This document shows, piece after piece, positions 12,401 through 23,850 of a stretch of 64,000 nucleotides of DNA. The stretch comes from the human T2T-CHM13v2.0 reference genome, Homo sapiens, in NCBI RefSeq assembly GCF_009914755.1, contig NC_060925.1. The stretch is one strand, 5' to 3'. The notes beneath the pieces were generated by a model that was given only the letters and a program-made list of their open reading frames with translations, had not been told where the DNA came from and ran no database searches. Position 1 is the first letter of the stretch; the number at the start of each line of letters is the position of its first letter. The position numbers and the translations under genes were made by a program.

Positions 12401-15400
12401 CCAAAAAGAGTGTTTCAAACGTGAACTACCAAAGGAAGGCTCAACTCGGGACTTTGAAGGCCAACGTCAGAAGGATGTTTTTGCGGAAGCTTCTGTTTAG
12501 TTAGGTGACGTTATCCCGTTTCCAACGAAATCCTCAGAGAGGTCCAAATATCCACCTGCAGAGTCTACAAAAAGTGTGTTTCAAAACTGCTCCACCCAAA
12601 GGAATGTTCAGCTCTGTGAGTTGAACTCAATCATCCCAAAGTATTTTCTGAGAAGGCTTCTGTCCAGTTTTTACATGAAGCTGTTTCCTTTACTACCGTA
12701 GGCCTCAAAGCGTTCCAAACCTCCACTTGCAGATACTACGAAAAGAGCGTTTCAACCTGAACTCACAAGGGAAGGTTCAACTCTGTCAGTTGAATGCCAA
12801 CGTCACCAAGAACTTCTGAGAATGTTCCTCTTCAGTTATGTGAGGTTTATCCCGTTTCCAACGAAATTCTCAGAGAAGTCCCAAAATCCACTTGCATATT
12901 CTACAAAAGGTGTGTCTTGAAAATGCGCCATCAAAAGATATGCTAAGCTCTGTGAGTTAAACTCAATCATCGCAAAGAATTTTCTGAGAATGCTTCTGTC
13001 TTGTTTTTAGATGAAGTTCTTTCCTTTACTACGATAGGCCTCAAAGAGGTCCAAATCTCCACTTGCAGATTCTGCAGAAGGAGTGTTTCAAACCTGAACT
13101 GTCAGAGAAAGGTTCAACACTGTGAGTTGAATGCAAGCATCACGAAGAAGGTTCTGAGAATGCTTCTGTTTACGTAGGTGAGTTTTGTCCCGTATCCAAC
13201 GAAATCCTCAGAGCGGTCCTAATCTCCACTTGCAGATTCTACACAAAGTGTGTTTGGAAACTGCTCCATCGAAAGGAATGTTCAGCTCTGTGAGTTGAAC
13301 TCAATCGTCACAAAGTGTTTCCTGGGAATGCTCCTGTCTCGCTTTTATGTGCAGTAATATCCTCTACTGCCATAGGCCTCAAAGCGGTCCAAATCTCCCC
13401 TTTCAGATTCTACCAAAAGTGTGTTTCCAAACGGCCCCATCAAAGGGGATATTCAATTCGGTGACTTGAATGCAATCATCCCGAAGCAGCTTCTGAGAAT
13501 GCTTCCATGTAGCTTTGATGAGAAGATATTTCCTTTTCCACGCCAGGCCTCGAAGCCCTCCAAATGTCCCCTTGCAGATGCTAGAAAGAGGGGGTTTCAA
13601 AGCTGCTCTATCAGAAGGAAAGTACAACTCTGTGAGTTGAATGCAAACATCACAAGGAAGTTCCTGAGCATGCTTCCGTTTAGCTTTTATGGGAAGATTA
13701 TCCCTTTTCCATCGAAATGGTCAAAGAGGTCCACATATCCGCTTGCAGATTCCACCGAAAGAGTGTTTCCAAACTGCTGCATCAAAAGGAATCCTCAGCT
13801 CCGTGAGTTGAATGCAATCATCACCAAGAAGTTTCTGACAATGCTTCTCTCTAGCTTTTATGTGAAGATATTTCCTTTTCCACCGCAGGCCTGAAAGCGC
13901 TCCAAATGTCCACTTGGAGGCTCTACGAAAAGAATGTTTCAAAACTGCTCTATGAAAAGCAATGTTATACTCTGGGAGTTGAACACAAGCCTCACAAAGG
14001 AGTTTCTGAGAATGCTTCTGTTTACTTTTTACGTGAGGATATTCCCGTTTCCAAAGAAGTCTTCACAGAGTTCCACCTATCCATTTGCAGATGCCAGGAA
14101 AACTAGAGAGTTTCAAAACTGCTCTATCAAAAGGAATGTTCAACTCTGTGAGTTGCGGGCAATCATCACAGAGAAGATTCTGAGAAGGCTTCTGTCTAGA
14201 TTTTATGTGAAGATATAGCCGTTTCGAACGAAGGCCACAAAGTGCTCCAAATATCCACTTGCAGGTCCTCCAAAAAGAGTGTTTCAAACGTGAACTACCA
14301 AAGGAAGGCTCAACTCGGGACTTTGAAGGCCAACGTCAGAAGGATGTTTCTGCGGAAGCTTCTGTTTAGTTAGGTGACGTTATCCCGTCTGCAACGAAAT
14401 CCTCAGAGACGTCCAAATATCCACCTGCAGAGTCTACAAAAGTGTGTTTCAAAACTCCTCCACCCAAAGGAATGTTCAGCTCTGTGAGTTGAACTCAATC
14501 ATCCCAAAGTATTTTCTGAGAATGCTTCTGTCCAGTTTTTACATGAAGCTGTTTCCTTTACTACCGTAGGCCTCAAAGCGTTCCAAACCTCCACTTGCAG
14601 ATACTACGAAAAGAGGGTTTCAACCTGAACTCACAAGGGAAGGTTCAACTCTGTCAGTTGAATGCCAACATCACCAAGAAGTTCTGAGAATGTTCCTCTT
14701 CAGTTATGTGAGGTTTATCCCGTTTCCCACGAAATTCTCAGAGAAGTCCCTAAATCCACTTGCATATTCCACAAAAGGTGTGTTTGGAAAATGCGCCATC
14801 AAAAGATATGCTCAGCTCTGTGAGTTAAACTCAATCATCGCAAAGAATTTTCTGAGAATGCTTCCGTCTTGTTTTTAGATGAAGTTCTTTCCTTTACTAC
14901 GACAGGCCTCAAAGAGGTCCAAATCTCCACTGGCAGATTCTGCAGAAGGAGTGTTTCAAACCTGAACTGTCAGAGAAAGGTTCAACACTGTGAGTTGAAT
15001 GCAAGCATCACGAAGAAGGTTCTGAGAATGCTTCTGTTTACATAGGTGACTTTTCTCCCGTATCCAGTGAAATCCTCAGAGCGGTCCAAATCTCCACTTG
15101 CAGATTCTACACAAAGTGTGTTTGGAAACTGCTCCACCCAAAGGAATGTTCAGCTCTGTGAGTTGAACTCAATCGTCACAAAGCGTTTCCTGGGAATGCT
15201 CCTGTCTCGCTTTTATGTGCAGTTATATCCTCTACTGCCATAGGCCTCAAAGCGGTCGAAATCTCCCCTTTCAGTTTCTACCAAAGGTGTGTTTCCAAAC
15301 GGCCCCATCAAAGGGGATGTTCAACTCGGTGACTTGAATGCAATCATCACAAAGCAGCTTCTGAGAATGCTTCCATGTAGCTTTGATGAGAAGATATTTC

Positions 15401-15519
15401 CTTTTCCACCCCAGGCCTCGAAGCCCTCCAAATGTCCCCTTGCCGATGCTAGAAAGAGGGGGTTTCAAAGCTGCTCTATCAAAAGGAAAGTACAACTCTG
15501 TGAGTTGAATGCAAACATC

Positions 15520-16625
15520 ACAAAGAAGTTCCTGAGCATGCTTCCGTTTAGCTTTCATGGGAAGATAGTCCCTATTCCATCGAAATGTTCAAAGAGGTTC
15601 GCATATCCACTTGCAGATTCCACCGAAAGAGTGTTTCCAAACTGCTGTATCAAAAGGAATCTTAAACTCCGTGAGTTGAATGCAATCATCACAAAGAAGT
15701 TTCTGACAATGCTGCTCTCTAGTGTTTATGTGAAGATATTTACTTTTCCACCACAGGCCAGAAAGCGCTCCAAATGTCCACTTGGAGACTCTACGAAAAG
15801 AATGTTTCAAAACTGCTCTATGAAAAGCAATGTTATACTCTGGGAGTTGAACACAAGCCTCACAAAGGAGTTTCTGAGAATGCTTCTGTTTACTTTTTAC
15901 GTGAAGATATTCCCGTTTCCAAAGAAATCTTCACAGAGTTCCACCTATCCATTTGCAGATGCTAGAAAAAGAGAGTTTCAAAACTGCTCTATCAAAAGGA
16001 ATGTTCAACTCTGTGAGTTGAATGCAATCATCACAGAGAAATTTCTGAGAAGGCTTCTGTCTATATTTTTGTGAAGATATACCCGTTTCGAACGAAGGCC
16101 ACAAAGTTCTCCAAATGTCCACTTGCAGGTCCTCCAACAAGAGTGTTTCAAACGTGAACTATCAAAGGAAGGTTCAACTCTGGAATTTGAATGCAAACGT
16201 CAGAAAGATGTTTCTGCGAAAGCTTCTGTTTAGTTAGGTGACGTTATCCCGTTTCCAACGAAATCCTCAGAGAGGTCCAAATATCCACCTGCAGATTCTG
16301 CAAAAAGTGTGTTTCCAAACTGCTCCACCCAAAGGAATGTTCAGCTCTGTGAGTTAAACTCAATCATCACAAAGTATTTTCTAAGAATGCTTCTGTCCAG
16401 TTTTTACATGAAGCTGTTTCCTTTACTACCGTAGGCCTCAAAGCTTTCCAAATCTCCACTTGCAGATACTACGAAAAGGGCGTTTCAACCTGAACTCACA
16501 AGGGAAGGTTCAACTCTGTCAGTTGAATGCCAACATCACAAAGAAGTTCTGGGAATGTTCCTCTTCAGTTATGTGAGATATATCCCGTTTCCAACGAAAT
16601 TCTCAGAGAAGTCCAAAAAACCACT
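15520..16625 (-). repeat. Divergent HOR-haplotype island 1 (~6-7 monomers)
   Basis: Dense cluster of variants absent from neighbouring HORs: tttcatgggaagatagtccctattcc, ctgtatcaaaaggaatcttaaact, caggccagaaag, gctagaaaaagag, tatacccgtttcg, ccaacaagag, tatcaaaggaaggttc. Boundaries are approximate. Confidence 0.85.
16081..16097 (-). promoter_or_regulatory. CENP-B box intact only in the divergent haplotype (island 1)
   Basis: acccgtttcgaacgaag is the reverse complement of CTTCGTTCGAAACGGGT. Mainstream HORs have (a/g)gccgtttcg here, which loses a core G. Confidence 0.88.
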
Positions 16626-19600
16626 TGCATATTCCACAAAAGGTGTGTTTTGAAAATGCGCCATCAAAAGATATGCTCAGCTCTGTGAGTTAAACTCAAT
16701 CATCGCGAAGAATTTTCTGAGAATGCTTCCGTCTTGTTTTTAGATGAAGTTCTTTCCTTTACTACGATAGGCTTCAAAGAGGTCCAAATCTCCACTTGCA
16801 GATTCTGCAGAAGGAGTGTTTCAAACCTCAACTGTCAGAGAAAGGTTCAACACTGGGTGTTGAATGCAAGCATCACGAAGAAGGTTCTGAGAATGCTTCT
16901 GTTTACGTAGGTGACTTTTCTCCCGTATCCAACGAAATCCTCAGAGCGGTCCAAATCTCCACTTGCAGATTCTACACAAAGTGTGTTTGGAAACTGCTCC
17001 ACCCAAAGGAATGTTCAGCTCTGTGAGTTGAACTCAATGGTCACAAAGCGTTTCCTGGGAATGCTCCTGTCTCGCTTTTCTGTGCAGTTATATCCTCTAC
17101 TGCCATAGGCCTCAAAGCGGTCCAAATCTCCCCTTTCAGATTCTACCAAAAGTGTGTTTCCAAACGGCCCCATCAAAGGGGATGTTCAACTTGGTGACTT
17201 GAATGCAATCATCACAAAGCAGCTTCTGAGAATGCTTCCATGTAGCTTTGATGAGAAGATATTTCCTTTTCCAAACCAGGCCTCGAAGCCCTCCAAATGT
17301 CCCCTTGCAGATGCTAGAAAGAGGGGGTTTCAAAGCTGCTCTATCAAAAGGAAAGTACAACTCTGTGAGTTGAATGCAAACATCACAAGGAAGTTCCTGA
17401 GCATGCTTCCGTTTAGCTTTTACGGGAAGATTATCCCTTTTCCATCGAAATGTTCAAAGAGGTCCACATATCCGCTTGCAGATTCCACCGAAAGAGTGTT
17501 TCCAAACTGCTGCATCCAAAGGAATCCTCAGCTCCGTGAGTTGAATGCAATCATCACCAAGAAGTTTCTGACAATGCTTCTCTCTAGTTTTTATGTGAAG
17601 ATATTTCCTTTTCCACCGCAGGCCTGAAAGCGCTCCAAATGTCCACTTGGAGGCTCTACGAAAAGAATGTTTCAAAACTGCTCTATGAAAAGCAATGTTA
17701 TACTCTGGGAGTTGAACACAAACCTCACAAAGGAGTTTCTGAGAATGCTTCTGTTTACTTTTTACGTGAGGATATTCCCGTTTCCAAAGAAGTCTTCACA
17801 GAGTTCCACCTATCCATTTGCAGATGCCAGCAAAACTAGAGAGTTTCAAAACTGCTCTATCAAAAGGAATGTTCAACTCTGTGAGTTGCGTGCAATCATC
17901 ACAGAGAAGATTCTGAGAAGGCTTCTGTCTAGATTTTATGTGAAGATATAGCCGTTTCGAACGAAGGCCACAAAGTGCTCCAAATATCCACTTGCAGGTC
18001 CTCCAAAAAGAGTGTTTCAAACGTGAACTACCAAAGGAAGGCTCAACTCGGGACTTTGAAGGCCAACGTCAGAAGGATGTTTCTGCGGAAGCTTCTGTTT
18101 AGTTAGGTGACGTTATCCCGTTTCCAACGAAATCCTCAGAGAGGTCCAAATATCCACCTGCAGAGTCTACAAAAAGTGTGTTTCAAAACTGCTCCACCCA
18201 AAGGAAGGTTCAGCTCTGTGAGTTGAACTCAATCATCCCAAAGTATTTTCTGAGAAGGCTTCTGTCGAGTTTTTACATGAAGCTGTTTCCTTTACTACCG
18301 TAGGCCTCAAAGCGTTCCAAACCTCCACTTGCAGATACTACGAAAAGAGCGTTTCAACCTGAACTCACAAGGGAAGGTTCAACTCTGTCAGTTGAATGCC
18401 AACGTCACCAAGAACTTCTGAGAATGTTCCTCTTCAGTTATGTGAGGTTTATCCCGATTCCAACGAAATTCTCGGAGAAGTCCCAAAATCCACTTGCATA
18501 TTCTACAAAAGGTGTGTCTTGAAAATGCGCCATCAAAAGATATGCTCACCTCTGTGAGTTAAACTCAATCATCGCAAAGAATTTTCTGAGAAGGCATCTG
18601 TCTTGTTTTTAGATGAAGTTCTTTCCTTTACTACGATCGGCCTCAAAGAGGTCCAAATCTCCACTTGCAGATTCTGCAGAAGGAGTGTTTCAAACCTGAA
18701 CTGTCAGAGAAAGGTTCAACACTGTGAGTTGAATGCAAGCATCACGAAGAAGGTTCTGAGAATGCTTCTGTTTACGTAGGTGAGTTTTCTCCCGTATCCA
18801 ACGAAATCCTCAGAGCGGTCCAAATCTCCACTTGCAGATTCTACACAAAGTGTGTTTGGAAACTGCTCCATCCAAAGGAATGTTCAGCTCTGTGAGTTGA
18901 ACTCAATCGTCACAAAGTGTTTCCTGGGAATGCTCCTGTCTTGCTTTTATGTGCAGTAATATCCTCTACTGCCATAGGCCTCAAAGCGGTCCAAATCTCC
19001 CCTTTCAGATTCTACCAAAAGTGTGTTTCCAAACGGCTCCATCAAAGGGAATGTTCAACTCGGTGACTTGAATGCAATCATCCCGAAGCAGCTTCTGAGA
19101 ATGCTTCCATGTAGCTTTGATGAGAAGATATTTCCTTTTCCACCCCAGGCCTCGAAGCCCTCTAAATGTCCCCTTGCAGATGCTAGAAAGAGAGGGTTTC
19201 AAAGCTGCTCTATCAAAAGGAAAGTACAACTCTGTGAGTTCAATGCAAACATCACAAGGAAGTTCCTGAGCATGCTTCCGTTTAGCTTTTATGGGAAGAT
19301 TATCCCTTTTCCATCGAAATGTTCAAAGAGGTCCACATATCCGCTTGCAGATTCCACCGAAAGAGTGTTTCCAAACTGCTGCATCAAAAGGAATCCTCAG
19401 CTCCGTGAGTTGAATGCAATCATCACCAAGAAGTTTCTGACAATGCTTCTCTCTAGTTTTTATGTGAAGATATTTCCTTTTCCAACACAGGCCTGAAAGC
19501 GCTCCAAATGTCCACTTGGAGGCTCTACGAAAAGAATGTTTCAAAACTGCTCTATGAAAAGCAATGTTATACTCTGGGAGTTGAACACAAGCCTCACAAA

Positions 19601-22349
19601 GGAGTTTCTGAGAATGCTTCTGTTTAGTTTTTACGTGAGGATATTCCCGTTTCCAAAGAAGTCTTCACAGAGTTCCACCTATCCATTTGCAGATGCCAGC
19701 AAAACTAGAGAGTTTCAAAACTGCTCTATCAAAAGGAATGTTCAACTCTGTGAGTTGCGTGCAATCATCACAGAGAAGTTTCTGAGAAGGCTTCTGTCTA
19801 GATTTTATGTGAAGATATAGCCGTTTCGAACGAAGGCCACAAAGTGCTCCAAATATCCACTTGCAGGTCCTCCAAAAAGAGTGTTTCAAACGTGAACTAC
19901 CAAAGGAAGGCTCAACTCTGGACTTTGAATGCCAACGTCAGAAGGATGTTTCTGCGAAAGCTTCTGTTTAGTTAGGTGACGTTATCCCGTCTCCAAAGAA
20001 ATCCTCAGAGAGGTCCAAATATCCACCTGCAGAGTCTACAAAAAGTGTGTTTCAAAACTGCTCCACCCAAAGGAAGGTTCAGCTCTGTGAGTTGAACTCA
20101 ATCATCCCAAAGTAGTTTCTGAGAAGGCTTCTGTCCAGTTTTTACATGAAGCTGTTTCCTTTACTACAGTAGGCCTCAAAGCGTTCCAAACCTCCACTTG
20201 CAGATACTACGAAAAGAGCGTTTCAACCTGAACTCACAAGGGAAGTTTCAAATCTGTCAGTTGAATGCCAACATCACCAAGAACTTCTGAGAATGTTCCT
20301 CTTCAGTTATGTGAGGTTTATCCCGTTTCCAACGAAATTCTCAGAGAAGTCCCAAAATCCACTGGCATATTCCACAAAAGGTGTTTTTGTAAGTTGCGCC
20401 ATCAAAAGATATGCTCAGCTCTGTAGGTTAAACTCAATCATCGCAAAGAATTTTCTGAGAATGCTTCCGTCTTGTTTTTAGATGAAGTTCTTTCCTTTAC
20501 TACGATAGGCCTCAAAGAGGTCCAAATCTCCACTTGCAGATTCTGCAGAAGGAGTGTTTCAAACCTGAACTGTCAGAGAAAGGTTCAACACTGTGAGTTG
20601 AATGCAAGCATCACGAAGAAGGTTCTGAGAATGCTTCTGTTTACGTAGGTGACTTTTCTCCCGTATCCAACGAAATCCTCAGAGCGGTCCAAATCTCCAC
20701 TTGCAGATTCTACACAAAGTGTGTTTGGAAACTGCTCCACCCAAAGGAATGTTCAGCTCCGTGAGTTGAACTCAATCGTCACAAAGCGTTTCCTGGGAAT
20801 GCTCCTGTCTCGCTTTTATGTGCAGTTATGTCCTCTGCTGCCATAGGCCTCAAAGCGGTCCAAATCTCCCCTTTCAGATACTACCAGAAGTGTATTTCCA
20901 AACGGTCCCATCAAAGGGGATGTTCAACTCGGTGACTTGAATTCAATCATCACAAAGCAGCTTCTGAGAATGCTTCCATGTAGCTTTGATGAGAAGATAT
21001 TTCCTTTTCCACCCCAGGCCTCGAAGCCCTCCAAATGTCCCCTTGCAAATGCTAGAAAGAGGGGGTTTCAAAGCTGCTCTATCAGAAGGAAAGTACAACT
21101 CTGTGAGTTGAATGCAAACATCACAAGGAAGTTCCTGAGCATGCTTCCGTTTAGCTTTTACGGGAAGATTATCCCTTTTCCATCGAAATGTTCAAAGAGG
21201 TCCACATATCCGCTTGCAGATTCCACCGAAAGAGTGTTTCCAAACTGCTGCATCCAAAGGAATCCTCAGCTCCGTGAGTTGAAAGCAATCATCACCAAGA
21301 AGTTTCTGACAATGCTTCTCTCTAGTTTTTATATGAAGATATTTCCTTTTTCACCGCAGGCCTGAAAGCGCTCCAAATGTCCACTTGGAGGCTCTACGAA
21401 AAGAATGTTTCAAAACTGCTCTATGAAGAGCAATGTTCTACTCTGGGAGTTGAACACAAGCCTCACAAAGGAGTTTCTGAGAATGCTTCTGTTTACTTTT
21501 TACGTGGGGATATTCCCGTTTCCAAAGAAGTCTTCACAGAGTTCCACCTATCCATTTGCAGATGCCAGCAAAACTAGAGAGTTTCAAAACTGCTCTATCA
21601 AAAGGAATGTTCAACTCTGTGAGTTGCGTGCAATCATCACAGAGAAGTTTCTGAGAAGGCTTCTGTCTAGATTTTATGTGAAGATATAGCCGTTTCGAAC
21701 GAAGGCCACAAAGTGCTCCCAATATCCACTTGCAGGTCCTCCAAAAAGATTGTTTCAAAAGTGAACTACCAAAGGAAGGCTCAACTCTGGACTTTGAATG
21801 CCAACGTCAGAAGGATGTTTCTGCGAAAGCTTCTGTTTAGTTAGGTGACGTTATCACGTCTCCAACGAAATCCTGAGATAGGTCCAAATATCCACCTGCA
21901 GAGTCTACAAAAAGTGTGTTTCAAAACTGCTCCACCCAAAGGAATGTTCAGCTCTGTGAGTTGAATTCAATCATCCCAAAGTATTTTCTGAGAAGGCTTC
22001 TGTCCAGTTTTTACATGAAGCTGTTTCCTTTACTACCGTAGGCCTCAAAGCGTTCCAAACCTCCACTTGCAGATACTACGAAAAGAGCGTTTCAACCTGA
22101 ACTCACAAGGGAAGTTTCAACTCTGTCAGTTGAATGCCAACATCACCAAGAACTTCTGAGAATGTTCCTCTTCAGTTATGTGAGGTTTATCCCGTTTCCA
22201 ACGAAATTCTCAGAGAAGTCCCAAAATCCACTGGCATATTCCACAAAAGGTGTGTTTGGAAATTGCGCCATCAAAAGATATGCTCAGCTCTGTGAGTTAA
22301 ACTCAATCATCGCAAAGAATTTTCTGAGAATGCTTCCGTCTTGTTTTAG

Positions 22350-23850
22350 GATGAAGTTATTTCCTTTACTACGATAGGCCTCAAAGAGGTCCAAATCTCC
22401 ACTTGCAGATTCTGCAGAAGGAGTGTTTCAAACCTGAACTATCAGAGAAAGGTTCAACACTGTGAGTTGAATGCAAGCATCACGAAGAAGGTTCTGAGAA
22501 TACTTCTGTTTAGATAGGTGAGTTTTCTCCCGTATCCAACGAAATCCTCAGAGAGGTCCAAATATCCACTTGCAGATTCTACAGAAAGTGTGTTTTGAAA
22601 CTGCTCCAAACAAAGGAGTGTTCAGCTCTGAGAGTTGAACTCAATCGTCACAAAGTGTTTCCTGGGAATGCTACTGTCTAGTTTTTATGTGCAGTTATAT
22701 CCTCTGCTGCCATAGGCCTCAAAGTGTTCCAAATCTCCCCTTTCAGATTCTACCAGAAGTGTGTTTCCAAACGGCTCTATCAAAGGGAATGTTCAACACT
22801 GTGACTTGAATGCAATCATCACAAAGCAGTTTCTGAGAATGCTTCCATGTAGCTTTTATGAGAAGGTATTTCCTTTTCCACCCCAGGTCTCGAAGCCCTC
22901 CAAATGTCTCCTTGCAGATGCTAGAAAGAGAGGGTTTCAAAGCTGCTCTATCAAAAGTAAAGTACAACTCTGTGAGTTGAATGCAAACATCACAAAGAAG
23001 TTCCTGAGCATGCTTCCGTTTAGCTTTCATGGGAAGATAATCCCTATTCCATCGAAATGTTCAAAGAGGTCCGCATATCCACTTGCAGATTCCACCGAAA
23101 GAGTGTTTCCAAACTGCTGTATCAAAAGGAATCTTAAACTCCGTGAGTTGAATGCAATCATCACAAAGAAGTTTCTGACAATGCTGCTCTCTAGTTTTTA
23201 TGTGAAGATATTATCTTTTCCACCACAGGCCAGAAAGCGCTCCAAATGTCCACTTGGAGACACTACGAAAAGAATGTTTCAAAACTGCTCTATGAAAAGC
23301 AATGTTATACTCTGGGAGTTGAACACAAGCCTCACAAAGGAGTTTCTGAGAATGCTTCTGTTTACTTTTTACGTGAAGATATTCCCGTTTCCAAAGAAAT
23401 CTTCACAGAGTTCCACCTATCCATTTGCAGATGCTAGAAAAAGAGAGTTTCAAAACTGCTCTATCAAAAGGAATGTTCAACTCTGTGAGTTGAATGCAAT
23501 CATCGCAGAGAAGTTTCTGAGAAGGCTTCTGTCTAGATTTTTTGTGAAGATATACCCGTTTCGAACGAAGGCCACAAAGTGCTCCAAATATCCACTTGCA
23601 GGTCCTCCAACAAGAGTGTTTCAAACGTGAACTATCAAAGGAAGGTTCAACTCTGGACTTTGAATGCAAACGTCAGAAAGATGTTTCTGCGAAAGCTTCT
23701 GTTTAGTTAGGTGACGTTATCCCGTTTCCAACGAAATCCTCAGAGAGGTCCAAATATCCACCTGCAGATTCTCCAAAAAGTGTGTTTCCAAACTGCTCCA
23801 CCCAAAGGAATGTTCAGCTCTGTGAGTTAAACTCAATCAACACAAAGTAT
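22350..23850 (-). repeat. Divergent HOR-haplotype island 2 (~9 monomers)
   Basis: Carries the same diagnostic variants as island 1, plus more upstream (tttagataggtgag, ctacagaaagtg, ctactgtctagttttt, caacactgtgac, gcagtttctg). It lies 7472 bp (4 HORs) from island 1. Boundaries are approximate. Confidence 0.85.
23554..23570 (-). promoter_or_regulatory. CENP-B box intact only in the divergent haplotype (island 2)
   Basis: acccgtttcgaacgaag, identical to 16081-16097. Confidence 0.88.

Noticed and set aside
15289-16074. 261-aa ORF (and the 289-aa ORF at 22761-23630)
   Set aside because: They are longer only because the island variant cctga>ccaga removes a stop and fuses two spurious satellite ORFs. 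Useful as island markers, not evidence of a gene.
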